Positions 19,974 through 29,510 of a stretch of DNA of 64,000 nucleotides are shown here, piece by piece. Both the position numbers and the translations under genes were made by a program. Every line of letters begins with the position of its first letter. Positions within the stretch are counted from its first letter, which is position 1. The DNA is from Ostreococcus lucimarinus (taxonomy: Eukaryota): assembly GCA_000092065.1 (NCBI GenBank), contig CP000586.1. One strand, written 5' to 3'. Under the pieces are notes generated by a model that worked only from the letters and a program-made list of their open reading frames with translations, was not told the DNA's origin and searched no databases.

Positions 19974-21125
19974 ATGTCCCGCGGTGCCGGCGCCGGATAC
20001 GATCGGCACATCACCGTATTCTCTCCCGAAGGACGTCTGTACCAAGTCGGTGCGTGTTCGCGCGCGCGCCGACGCCTCCTCGCGCCGTCACCTCGCCCGC
20101 GACGCGCGACGTTCACCGACGAAACGATCTCACCGACTGACCGCGATTCGACGACTTTCGACGCGCAGAGTACGCGTTCAAGGCGATCAAATCCGTCGGC
20201 GTCACCACCATCGGCGTGCGAGGGAAAGACTCCGTGTGCGTCGTGACGCAGAAGAAGATTCCGGTGCGCGAAACGGGCGAACGCGAGGGCGAAGAACGAT
20301 CTCGTCGGCGAACGCGAAGGCGCGAACGCGCTCGAGACGACGCGGGAGGGATCGACCGCGCTGGATCCCGCGAACGCGCGCGCGAGAGGAAGACTGACGC
20401 GTGGTGTGTGATCGGACGTCGCGCGAGCGCAGGATAAATTGATCGATGCGTCGGATGTGACGCACATGTATAAGATTACGAAAACCGTGGGCATGTGCGC
20501 GACGGGAAAAGGACGTACGTTTTCGTTTTCGTCGCTCGGCGGCTTTGTTTGAATGAACACGTACGCGCGCCCGCGCGAGCGCGACTTTTCGCTCGACCGA
20601 TCGACTGACGACTGCTCGCGTCGATTTCGTTTCGCAGCGGATATCCGAGACATAGTACAAAAGGCGCGCAGAAAGGCGGCGGATTTCAAGCAACACTACG
20701 GGTACGAGGTCCCGGTGGACGTGTTGGCGAACATACTCGCCGATGAGTTCCAGGTGTACACGCAGCACGCATACATGCGTCCGCTCGCGGTGATGGTGAT
20801 ATTAATCGCCGTAGATGAGGATCGCGGGCCGAGTCTGTTCAAGTGCGATCCGGCAGGATACTTTGTCGGTTACAGCGCGACGAGCGCGGGGGCGAAGGAG
20901 GTCGAGGCGGTGAACTTCTTGGAGAAGAAGGTCAAGAGCGGCGCATCGTTCGATGTGAATCAGACGGCCCAGCTCGCGATCAGCGCTCTTCAGCACGTGC
21001 TCGGGGAAGAGGTCAAGGCGAGCGAGTTAGAAGTCGCCGTCGTCACGGCGGACAATCCCAATTTCCGCGTCATCAGCGAGAGCGAAGTGGAAGATCATTT
21101 GACATCGATTTCTGAGAGAGACTAG
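19974..21125 (+). CDS. PSMA6: 20S proteasome alpha subunit, alpha-6 type (PSMA6/PAA); join(19974..20049,20169..20263,20433..20514,20638..21125)
   Basis: Spliced product [25 protein letters not shown]|[32 protein letters not shown]|[28 protein letters not shown]|[97 protein letters not shown]... is collinear with PSMA6 with no gaps. All exon junctions restore the expected residues. Confidence 0.9.
20050..20168 (+). other. intron 1 of PSMA6 (119 bp)
   Basis: GTGCGT...ccgACTGACcgcg...cgcAG. Confidence 0.8.
20264..20432 (+). other. intron 2 of PSMA6 (169 bp)
   Basis: GTGCGC...agACTGACgcg...gcgcAG. Confidence 0.8.
20515..20637 (+). other. intron 3 of PSMA6 (123 bp)
   Basis: GTACGT...cgACTGACgactg...tttcgcAG. 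Confidence 0.8.
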
Positions 21126-21184
21126 CAGTAGTTTTTAATTGTGTACCGCGCCCTAGTAGACGCTCTAATTATTCTCGGTCCAGA

Positions 21185-23542
21185 TCAGATGTTGTCCTCG
21201 TCGCTGAGCTCATCGGCGTCGAGTTTCTCGATGGCGCCCTTGATCGAGTTCACGTCCGCGTTCGATGGACGCAAATCGAGCGCGATGCTAAAGTTAATCA
21301 TCGCTTTCTCTTGAAGCCCAAGCTTTTTGTAGATTCTTCCCATGAGAAAAAACACGCTCGCTTCCTTGGGGGCGATCTCTTGCAATTTGTTAAGCTCCGC
21401 CAACGCGGCGTCGTAATTTTCTTCGCTCATCAACACGGCGGCCATTTCGTAACGAGCCAGAGGATTCTTACCATCGAGCGCGATCGCTTGAGAGAGAAGC
21501 GATAACGCTGCATCGTTATCGTTTAGTGCATGCTTTGCCATACCGGCGTAGCAGTACAACACGCTCGACTTCGGATTGATGTTGAGCGCGTATGTGAAGT
21601 GATACTCGCTCATGACGTACTTTTCTTGGCGGTAATACACCGTACCGAGGCCGTACCAGGCGTTGTAATGTCTCGCATCTAATCTCAACGCAGCCCGATA
21701 GCAATTCATACTTTTTTCAAAGTCTTCGTTCGCAAAGTACTCGTGTCCGCTCAGCGTATGCGCGTACGTGCACTTCGGATCGAGTTGGATGGCGCGCTGA
21801 AAAAATTTCAAAGCCGTCTCGTGTTCCTTTTGTAACGAGAAACAGTTTCCGAGCACGCACCACGTTTCTGGAGCTAGACGATCGAGAGACTGAACTTCTT
21901 GTGCCAAATGTGCGAGCTTCACTTCCTCCTTCAAATGCCAAAGAACGGTTGAGTACACATCGAGACCTTCCAAGCGATACGGCGCGGCCGCGCGCGCTTC
22001 TTCAAACGCCTGCGCTGCGTTGGCGTAATCCACCATCTCTGAGTGCGCTTTCGCCATCGCGCACAGCACATAGGCGGTGTCGTATTGAGATCGCGAAAGC
22101 TGTTGAAACGAATGGATCGCTTCTTCGCATCGATACATGGCGAGATGCCTCAGACCCTCCGCGAGCGGACGCAGCTCTTTGAACGCCAACACGGCGCCCT
22201 CGGCTGTTCGCGCGGGCTGCCAACTCCAAGTACCCTGATCGCGCTGATCGCTGTAATGACCACTTTCATACGAAACTTCACCGTCTTCCGGGACTTGACT
22301 CAGGTTTGCCATCATGTCGTCGTGATCGCGATGGTCGTCGTCGGGCGATGCCCCGACGTGTTGCAGTCTCGCGGCGTGTATGCGCGAGCTCCTACGAACG
22401 GCCGTAGACGCTGGATCGTCGCTAAACAATCTACCAGAAACCTTTCTAAGTTTTCCTTCATCCATGAATTTTCGCCGCTCCCCTCCGAATAGCCCGCGAG
22501 CCGCTGTGGACGCCGGCGCGCCTGTGTCTTGAGCGCTCGGCTGTTGCGACGTGCTCTGTCGTCCCGTGCGCGGAGCGCCCGTGGTCGGTGGCGCGCGTCC
22601 TCCGATCGCCTTTTGAGGCGGCGGAGGAGCGGCGGCGGCAGAGCTCGGTGAAGGCGTCACGAAGGCGCCTCCCATGGAATCCGCAGCATCGACGCGAGGG
22701 CCTCCGCCGCCGACGGCGGGCGTTTGAAGTTCCGCGTCGTCCCATCCCTCTCCCGCGCGCGTTCGCTCGCTCGCGCCCGTGCTCGGTGGAACGCCCACGT
22801 CGTGCATGTGTACGTGTGCCGGCGTGCGCGCGAGAGCCTCGCCGTGTTCGCGACCACGCGACCTCGTCGGCGACAGCGGCGGCAATCCACCCGTTCTCGG
22901 CGCGAACGTCTCGCCGCTCGACTTTTGCGCCTCGAACGCGACGTCGTTCGACTCCAACGATGGGTACATCGCCAGAATACTCTCTTCCCGACTCTCCGAC
23001 GCGCACGCCTTCGCCTCGGCGTCGGCACCGAGCGCACACAATCCCTCGTACGCGCACCACATCAACGGATCCGCCATCAACGCGCGCGTAAACCGCGTAA
23101 TCGCCGCCGCGCGTCGCCCCGTATCCTTACAGATCATACCGAGCAGATACTCCCCCGCCGCTCCTCCCGACGCCATCGCCTCGTCCTCGCCCGCGCTCGG
23201 TCGTCGTCTCGCGCCGTACGCCCCCGCGAATCCGTCGTGGTCCGCCTCTCCGCGCAGCGCGCGCTCCGCCTCGTCCAGCTCGCCGCAATCGTAGCACGCC
23301 CTCCCGAACAGGTACCTCGCCCGCTGGCTCGTCAAACGCGTCCCGAGCACCGCGCGCGCGGCGCGCGCTTTGCCTGCCGCGTACAGGCACCGAGCGTGCA
23401 GCAGCGCGTTCGCGTCGCTGTCGCGAACCGCGCGCAGGCGTTCGCTCAAAAATATCGCGTTTTCGACGCAGTGCGCGTCGAGCGAGCGCGTCGCGGCCTC
23501 GGCGAGCGTGGCCTCGAGGGCGTCCGCGTCGACGGCGCGCAT
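21185..23542 (-). CDS. CDC27: Anaphase-promoting complex subunit 3 (CDC27/APC3), TPR-repeat protein
   Basis: Track start 23602 is GTG; first ATG at 23542. C-terminal TPR block collinear with Cdc27: AWYGLGTVYYRQEKYVMSEYHFTYALNINPKSSVLYCYAGMAKHAL...LDGKNPLARYEMAAVLMSEENYDAALAELNKLQEIAPKEASVFFLMGRIYKKLGLQEKAMINFSIALDLRP. Low-complexity S/P/A-rich insert in the middle as in Cdc27. Confidence 0.85.
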   Translation of the reverse strand: MRAVDADALEATLAEAATRSLDAHCVENAIFLSERLRAVRDSDANALLHARCLYAAGKARAARAVLGTRLTSQRARYLFGRACYDCGELDEAERALRGEADHDGFAGAYGARRRPSAGEDEAMASGGAAGEYLLGMICKDTGRRAAAITRFTRALMADPLMWCAYEGLCALGADAEAKACASESREESILAMYPSLESNDVAFEAQKSSGETFAPRTGGLPPLSPTRSRGREHGEALARTPAHVHMHDVGVPPSTGASERTRAGEGWDDAELQTPAVGGGGPRVDAADSMGGAFVTPSPSSAAAAPPPPQKAIGGRAPPTTGAPRTGRQSTSQQPSAQDTGAPASTAARGLFGGERRKFMDEGKLRKVSGRLFSDDPASTAVRRSSRIHAARLQHVGASPDDDHRDHDDMMANLSQVPEDGEVSYESGHYSDQRDQGTWSWQPARTAEGAVLAFKELRPLAEGLRHLAMYRCEEAIHSFQQLSRSQYDTAYVLCAMAKAHSEMVDYANAAQAFEEARAAAPYRLEGLDVYSTVLWHLKEEVKLAHLAQEVQSLDRLAPETWCVLGNCFSLQKEHETALKFFQRAIQLDPKCTYAHTLSGHEYFANEDFEKSMNCYRAALRLDARHYNAWYGLGTVYYRQEKYVMSEYHFTYALNINPKSSVLYCYAGMAKHALNDNDAALSLLSQAIALDGKNPLARYEMAAVLMSEENYDAALAELNKLQEIAPKEASVFFLMGRIYKKLGLQEKAMINFSIALDLRPSNADVNSIKGAIEKLDADELSDEDNI

Positions 23543-23658
23543 CGCGCGAAGCGCACCGCGCGCGGCGCGGACGACCGACGCGAAGTGAAGATGAACAGGC
23601 ACCTCGATGGATTTGCAACAGTTTTTTCAAACGCGCCGAGGCGTCGGCGGCGAACGGG

Positions 23659-25352
23659 CTAAACGTGCGGAAGGTTGCGCGACGGCGAGCGCACGCGCGA
23701 GGCGGCGGCTTGGCTCAAATCTGCGAAAGGATCGCTCGCGGGCGATCGCGAGGGCGCGGCGCGAGAGGGCGTCGGCGGCGAGACGGAGTCGCGCGCGAAC
23801 GCGGCGGGATTCATCGGTCGCATGCCCTCCGGGAGCGGTCTGGCCGGTCGATACCGCTCGTCGGCGAACATCGGGTTGGTCTGCATCGGAGGCGGCGACG
23901 GTGACGTCGTCGACGGGAAGTGAACGATCGGACGCGGCGGGGTGGGACCGGCGGCAAATGGATTGGACGACGACGACGACGGTCCGGCGATGGAAGCCGT
24001 CGGCAAGACGTCGCCGAAAGGGTTCGCGGAGCTTTGGCTCGTCGTCGTGGCGGCGGTGGACGCTCGCATGACGTCGTCGAGTTCGCTCAGTAAACTTTCC
24101 GCCGTGTGCGTTCGCGTCGCGGCCACTGGCGCGGCGAGTCGAGCCCGCGATGCGACGTCGCCCGCCGCGGCTTTCACGAGCAAATCGTATCGTTCCATCT
24201 CCTTGGTCAACTCGTCGTTCAAATGTATGGCGCTCGCGAGCAAGCCCTCGTCTTCGGCGTTCGAGATAAGCTCGATCAGACGTGGCTGCATCGCGCGGCA
24301 CTGCTCCGAGAGCTCGTTCGCTAAACTAGACGGAGACGGCGGGCGAAGGGCGACGCAGCCGTCGAGGACTTGCGTGAACACCTTGAGCGAATTCGTCGCG
24401 ACGGCGATGTCGCCCTTCAATTTTTCTACGTCTTGCGAATTGTACGTCGTCGACACGGATGTCGTGGCGCGAGATGCCTCGGCAGCGGCTGTGCGCTCGC
24501 TTTCGCGAAGCGCTCTCTGTAATTCGCTCTCAGCGCGGTCCGCGAGTCGTCCCGAGGCGTGCGGCGAGCTCAGATGCGGCGCTCGCACGGGCGTACCCAT
24601 GGCGATGTTCCCAGGGTAAATCCCGTGTCTTTGACGCTGCACCGGTGTCATTGCTTCTTCTTCGTCTTCCTCGAGCGCGCGCGCGATCGCGGCTCGATCC
24701 TCCTCGGAGATATCTTCTCTCTTCGACCAGTCGCCGCCGCCGTTCCAGTCCTCGCGAGCCGCCGACGACGTCGCCCCCCGCGCCACCGACCGTCGCTCAA
24801 CCTCGGGAAACTGAAACCCACGCGCGCGCAACTGATGAAACGCCCCCGCGAACGCGGGCTCTCGCCTCAAATTTACCGCCCACTCGTGAACCAACGCCAA
24901 GGTCTTGTCGCGAACCTCCAAATTCGGCGCTCTCTCGCACAACCGCACCATCGTCTCCGGCACCTCCTTCGCCACCGCCATCGCGTGAAACCGTCCTCCG
25001 CAGTTCTTCATGCACATCTCCAGCGCGAACAGCGCCTTGAGCGTCGCGTCCGCGTCCATCACCGCCCGTCCCTTCGTCGGCGCCGTCAGCTTTGCCCGCA
25101 GCGCCTTGACGCAATCCTTCCCGTGCGCGACGAAATCATCGTTCACGCAGTCGCACAGCCGCAGATTAATCTCCAGCGCGTCATCGACCGTTCGTCTCGC
25201 GCCCGATTTGCACGCCTGCGTCGCGTCGCGCGTCGTCGTCGTCGTCAGTCGTCGCGTCGTCTCCGACAGAATCAGAATTCGTCACAGCGTCGCGCACGCA
25301 CGTGATCGACGATTTTGTACGCCAAGCGGTCGCTCTTATCGTTCAGGAACAT
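23659..25352 (-). CDS. TOM1-like (TOL) protein with VHS and GAT domains; join(23659..25215,25302..25352) on minus strand
   Basis: Main ORF begins with GTG inside the VHS domain and has a stop 43 codons upstream. Exon 1 ATGTTCCTGAACGATAAGAGCGACCGCTTGGCGTACAAAATCGTCGATCAC|GTGCGT (MFLNDKSDRLAYKIVDH) joins via an 86-bp intron (ACTGAC branch, cAG) to ACKSGARRTVDDALEINLRLCDCVNDDFVAHGKDCVKALRAKL...CGGRFHAMAVAKEV...VRDKTLALVHEWAVNL (VHS), then a GAT/coiled region. An alternative ATG lies 4 codons upstream (25364). Confidence 0.7.
25216..25301 (-). other. intron of TOM1-like gene (86 bp)
   Basis: Minus strand: GTGCGTgcgcgacgctgtgacgaattctg...cgACTGACgacgacgacgacgcgcgacgcgacgCAG. Confidence 0.6.
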
Positions 25353-25581
25353 CGTCTTGAGCATCCTCGAGCGTCGACGCGCGCGCGGCGAGGACCGACG
25401 CGAATCCACGGTCGACGCGCGATCGTGTGACCGACGCCTCGGCGACCGCTGGGCACTGTGACGTTTCACATTTTTCACGTTTCGAGGCGCGGTCCCGCGC
25501 GCGCGCGGGCGCGAGAGGACGAAACGCGAGGCGCGCGCGCTGGAGAAAATATTCCGTCGCGCGGGCGCGCGCGCGGCGGCG

Positions 25582-26250
25582 ATGCGGCGCGCGGCGGCGG
25601 CGGCGGTGGCGGCGTGCGTCGCGGCGGCGGCGTTCGTCCGGTGTTCGAGGCGCGAAACGGTGGACGTCGTCGAGCGCGCGCGGGTGCCGTTCGCGTTCGG
25701 CGCGCTCGGGCCGGTGGGAACGGCGCGCGAGGGACTGCGATATTACGACGCCGCGCTCGGGGCCGCGTTGTCGTCGTCGCCGCGCGCGCAGAGCGCGCTC
25801 GAAATCGGGTGCGTGAAACCGGCGTTCGCGCGACACCTCTCTTGGATTCGCGATAAGACGTGCGTCGCACCGTATTACGCCGGGTACAAGACGACGGCGG
25901 GCGACGACTCGATCGACGCGACGGACGACGTGCGGTACGTCGTGGGGGATTTCGCCAACGCGAGCCTCGCGCCGTCGTACGATTTGTGTCTCTGCATGCA
26001 AGTCTTGGAACACTTGGATTTCGACGCCGCGAGCGATTTCGTGCGTCGCATGTTCGAGCTGTGCCGTGTGTCCGTCGTGTCGGTGCCGTACAGATGGCCG
26101 GAGTGCGGATCGACGTGCTCGCACAAGCAACACGCCATCGACGAGTCGACGCTCGCTCGATGGAGCGGCGTCGACGCGCCCGCGACGACGACCATCGTGC
26201 GCGAACGCGGCGGCGGCGCGGCGCGCGCCATCGTGGTTTACGACGCATGA
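25582..26250 (+). CDS. hypothetical protein with class-I SAM-methyltransferase-like motifs and N-terminal signal/transit sequence
   Basis: ATG 25582; MRRAAAAAVAACVAAAAFV...; motifs ALEIGCVKP (motif I-like) and YDLCLCMQVLEHLDFD (motif II/III-like). Confidence 0.45.
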   Translation: MRRAAAAAVAACVAAAAFVRCSRRETVDVVERARVPFAFGALGPVGTAREGLRYYDAALGAALSSSPRAQSALEIGCVKPAFARHLSWIRDKTCVAPYYAGYKTTAGDDSIDATDDVRYVVGDFANASLAPSYDLCLCMQVLEHLDFDAASDFVRRMFELCRVSVVSVPYRWPECGSTCSHKQHAIDESTLARWSGVDAPATTTIVRERGGGAARAIVVYDA

Positions 26251-26297
26251 GTCGCTCGAACGCGTATGTTTCTCTTTTAGTGACTACATTTTAGCGT

Positions 26298-26708
26298 TTA
26301 GGTTTGCGCCTTGGTCATGACTTGCGGCGTCGCGGCGCGCATGACTTCGGCGAGGATCGCGACGGCTTCGTCCGGGGACGACGAAGAGAAGCGAAAAGCG
26401 TCGCGCGCGGGATACTTCTTACCGAGCTCGACGTTGCGCACGTTCGTCCGTCTACCATGGATCAACCGAGAGCGCGGTGTCGTGAGTTGATGCGCGTCCG
26501 GCGTGAAGATCATTCCCGCCGACCGAACGGTGTAATCGTGAAACTTGGCCGTCTCGTCGTCGACGTGCGCCGCGAACCCGTCGTGTCCGCCGAGACAAAA
26601 GCACCACGGCTCGACTCGCGTCGCGTCGCGCCGCCGCGCGATCGATCGCTCGATCGCCCGAAGACGCGCGTCGCCGTACCGCGCGGCGCGTCGCGACGTC
26701 GCGACGCG
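26298..26708 (-). CDS. protein-like ORF without its own start codon, in frame with and immediately downstream of the TGA of the J-domain ORF
   Basis: ...RVATSRRAARYGDARLRAIERSIARRRDATRVEPWCFCLGGHDGFAAHVDDETAKFHDYTVRSAGMIFTPDAHQLTTPRSRLIHGRRTNVRNVELGKKYPARDAFRFSSSSPDEAVAILAEVMRAATPQVMTKAQT*. Coding-like composition (F,Y,K,M,H,N,Q) while the antisense is R-rich junk. Only Met is at 26513. Confidence 0.35.
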   Translation of the reverse strand, partial: RVATSRRAARYGDARLRAIERSIARRRDATRVEPWCFCLGGHDGFAAHVDDETAKFHDYTVRSAGMIFTPDAHQLTTPRSRLIHGRRTNVRNVELGKKYPARDAFRFSSSSPDEAVAILAEVMRAATPQVMTKAQT

Positions 26709-27377
26709 TCAGCGCGGGCGCGCCGCGGCCGCCGCGGCCGACGCCTTGAACGCGTCGCGAACCGCGCGACTGGTCGCGTTCACGCGGTCCCTGATCTCGC
26801 CCAAATCCTCCTCGCGCGCGAGGTCGAGATACTTTGAAAACTTGTCGGGGTGCCAGCGCACCAACTCCTCGCGAAGCCTCGCGCGCGCGTCGCCTCTCGG
26901 CGCGTCCGACGTCAGAAAATCGCGAAGCGTCGCCGCGCGCGACGTCAGGGCGTCGTCGACGAACGGGAAATCTTTCGCCCGCATCGCTCGCGCGGGCGAT
27001 TTTCGCGCGCGCGCGCGCTCCAATCTTCGCCACGCGCGTCGATACGCGTCGATCGTCGTCGCCCCGGTCGTCGCGTCCGCGTCGCCGCGCGCCCCTCTCG
27101 TCGTCCCGTTCGCGCGCGTCGTTTCGCTTTTCCGCGAATCATTGTCTCTCGCGTTTCGTCTCGACGTCGCTTCTCGTCGTCCCGCGTCGTCGCGCGCGCG
27201 TCGTCGCCTCTCGCTCGCCGCCCACACGCGCGCTCGATGCGTTTCGTCGCCCAGCGGTCCCGTCGCGCTCCACTCGCGCTCGGCGCGCGCGTACGTCGCC
27301 CACGCGTCGTCGGCGCCCGACTCGAGCGCGCGTTCGTCGCGCAACCGCGCCTCGAACGCGTCGTCGTCGAGAATCAT
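26709..27377 (-). CDS. J-domain (DnaJ-like, HPDKF type) protein
   Basis: ATG 27377 (MILDDDAFEARL...). C-terminal DFLTSDAPRGDARARLREELVRWHPDKFSKYLDLAREEDLGEIRDRVNATSRAVRDAFKA has J-domain helix II/HPD loop/helix III (as in HscB-type HPDKF). Stop TGA at 26709-26711. Confidence 0.5.
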   Translation of the reverse strand: MILDDDAFEARLRDERALESGADDAWATYARAEREWSATGPLGDETHRARVWAASERRRRARDDAGRREATSRRNARDNDSRKSETTRANGTTRGARGDADATTGATTIDAYRRAWRRLERARARKSPARAMRAKDFPFVDDALTSRAATLRDFLTSDAPRGDARARLREELVRWHPDKFSKYLDLAREEDLGEIRDRVNATSRAVRDAFKASAAAAAARPR

Positions 27378-27504
27378 CGCGCGCGGTCGACGGCGGCGAC
27401 GTACGCGAGCGCCGAGCGCGACGCGCGGGTCCCCGCTTACGCGTCGCGCGGTCGACGCGGTCGCGCGTCGCTCGCGTCGACCGCGCCGCACTGCGCGACG
27501 CGAC

Positions 27505-27583
27505 ATGCCGTCGGCGTCGACGTCGTCGTCGATCGACGATTCCGCGCCGCTCGCCGCGATCGCGCGCGCGATCGCGCGCGACG

Positions 27584-27615
<32 letters not shown>

Positions 27616-28260
27616 CGCGACGCCGACGGTATCGGCGCGCGCGCGATCGCGGCGCGCCTGGACGCGACGGCGGAATCGTCGCAAAGAAAAAATGCGCCGA
27701 CGGACGCGTCGAAACCGCGACCGCGACCGCCGAAACCGGATTGGGGGTGCGCGCGGTGCGGGACGCGCGTGAACGTCGTGCGGTGGCACAGCGCGGACGC
27801 GAAGTGGTACTACCATCACAGCCGCACGCGCATGTGCAGGCGGTGCGAACGCGAACGCGAGGCGCGAGAGCGCGGAAGACGCGAGGCGGCGGCGACGACG
27901 ACGACGACGACGCGCGACTACGACGACGACGACCACGACGACCACGCCGACGACGACGGGACGGCGAGCGACGACGACGGGACGGACGACGACGCGCGCT
28001 TCGGCCGGGTCGCGCGAGCGACGCGACGACGGCGGTGCGGCCAGTGCGGCTCTCAGACGAACGTGGAGACGTTCGACGCGAAGACGCGACGGTGGACGTG
28101 GACGCGACCGAAGACGCGCATGTGCGAGGGGTGCGACGAGGCGTACGAGGACGCGGCGCGCGCGTACGAGGCGATTTTCGCGAGCGAGACGCGCGCGCGC
28201 GACGGCGAACCGGCCCTCGCGCCGGCGCCGCCGACGTTCGTGTACGACGTCGCGGATTAG
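27505..28260 (+). CDS. protein with two tandem Cys4 zinc-ribbon-like repeats
   Basis: ATG 27505 (MPSASTSS...). Internal repeat GCARCGTRVNVVRWHSADAKWYYHHSRTRMCRRCE / RCGQCGSQTNVETFDAKTRRWTWTRPKTRMCEGCD (CxxCG-x-NV-x9-W-x6-TRMCxxC), separated by an acidic D/T-rich linker. Confidence 0.5.
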
Positions 28261-28291
28261 AGACGTTTAATGACGATACATTTGATGATAG

Positions 28292-29416
28292 ATGTGCGAC
28301 GCGTTCGAAGCGCGTCGGCGCTCGGGCGCTTCGGCGTCACTCGTCGACGCGTCCCGCGCGATGGCGTCTCGCGCGGCCGTCGACCGCGTCGTCGCGCGCG
28401 CGCGCCTCGCCCTCGAGCGCTGCGAGCTCGCGGTGCCGATCCATTTCGACGCGTGCGCGCGCGCCGCGCTCGCCGACTCCTCGCGCTGGGTCGTCGCGGA
28501 CGACGTCGACGCGTCGCGCGCGCACCCGCTCGTCGTCCCGCTCGCGCGCGCGGCGACGACGACGCGCGCGCCCGTCGTCCTCGGCGTCGCCGTCGGCGCG
28601 CGCGCCGTCGACGCGCGATTCGCGTCCAGCGGCGGGTTCTACGCGCGCGCGCGATCGGCGCAGGCGTCGACGCCGTGGGTCGTCGCGGGCGCGCGGGGCG
28701 CGCGCCTGCTCGCGCCGTCGGCGACGGCGATGCTGCGACGCGCGCTCGCCGAGGACGAGCGCGCGCACGGCGTCGGCGGCGGCGCGGCGACGGCGGCGTG
28801 CGGAAGCGACGCGCTGGACGCGTACGCGCCGGGAGAGCTGACGAATTCGCCGTACGCGACGCGCGTCGAGGCGTTTCTGACGCGACGCGTCGGGCGATTT
28901 CTGGACGCGGACGAAACGCTGATCGAGCGACACGTAGAGCGAGGGGACGTCACGAGCGCGCTGGTGACGGCGGAGTGGTGCGCGGACGGGCCGTACGCCG
29001 GGTGGTCCAGGCCGCACGCGGTGCACGCGGCGACGCTGGCGCGATTCGGACGCGCGGCGGAGGCGAGGGACCAGGCGCGCGTGGCGCTGAGCGTCGGACC
29101 GTGGTGGACGATGGGAGAGGACGGCGCGATGATGACGCAGATGCAAACGCTGAGCGGGTACGCGGGACGAAGCGCGGCGGACGTGCGGAGGACGCTCGAG
29201 GGAGGGGACGTGGACGCGGGAGGCGCGAGCGGCGGCGAACCGGCGCCGACGAGGGAGGAGACGGCGCTGAAGCGCGCGATGGACGCCATGGACGCGGTGG
29301 CGTGGGGGGAGCGCGGTGAGACGTGGGCGTCGGTTCGCGAGCGCGTCGCGGAGAGCCTCGACGAGGCGGGGTTGCGCGCGCTGTCCGCGCACGTGCTCGC
29401 GCCTTTGCGCGAGTGA
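28292..29416 (+). CDS. hypothetical protein (374 aa), unknown function
   Basis: Only frame here with non-junk composition (W,Y,M,E mix: ...AEWCADGPYAGWSRPHAVHAATLARFG...VGPWWTMGEDGAMMTQMQTLSGYAGRSAADV...). ATGs at 28292 and 28361. Confidence 0.45.
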   Translation: MCDAFEARRRSGASASLVDASRAMASRAAVDRVVARARLALERCELAVPIHFDACARAALADSSRWVVADDVDASRAHPLVVPLARAATTTRAPVVLGVAVGARAVDARFASSGGFYARARSAQASTPWVVAGARGARLLAPSATAMLRRALAEDERAHGVGGGAATAACGSDALDAYAPGELTNSPYATRVEAFLTRRVGRFLDADETLIERHVERGDVTSALVTAEWCADGPYAGWSRPHAVHAATLARFGRAAEARDQARVALSVGPWWTMGEDGAMMTQMQTLSGYAGRSAADVRRTLEGGDVDAGGASGGEPAPTREETALKRAMDAMDAVAWGERGETWASVRERVAESLDEAGLRALSAHVLAPLRE

Positions 29417-29510
29417 TTAGATTGTATTACGCGACGCGCGAATCGGTAGAACGTGTGTCGCGCGCGCGCGCGCTGGTGCGTTGTTTTACAATGTGTACAA
29501 TGTTCGTTCA

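Noticed and set aside
26709-26711. Selenocysteine (UGA recoding) interpretation of the in-frame TGA
   Set aside because: Mamiellales do have large selenoproteomes, but no Cys/thioredoxin-like motif flanks this TGA and the context (…AARPR-TGA-RVATS…) is a low-complexity linker. Kept only as a remote possibility inside the finding.
26304-28841. Long plus-strand ORFs 26304..26837, 26545..28260 (5' part), 26834..27772, 26850..28841 and minus 26452..27033, 27139..27945
   Set aside because: Overlap each other in all frames in an ~80% GC stretch; only the J-domain frame (minus) and the 3' zinc-ribbon part of 26545..28260 (from ATG 27505) look like proteins.
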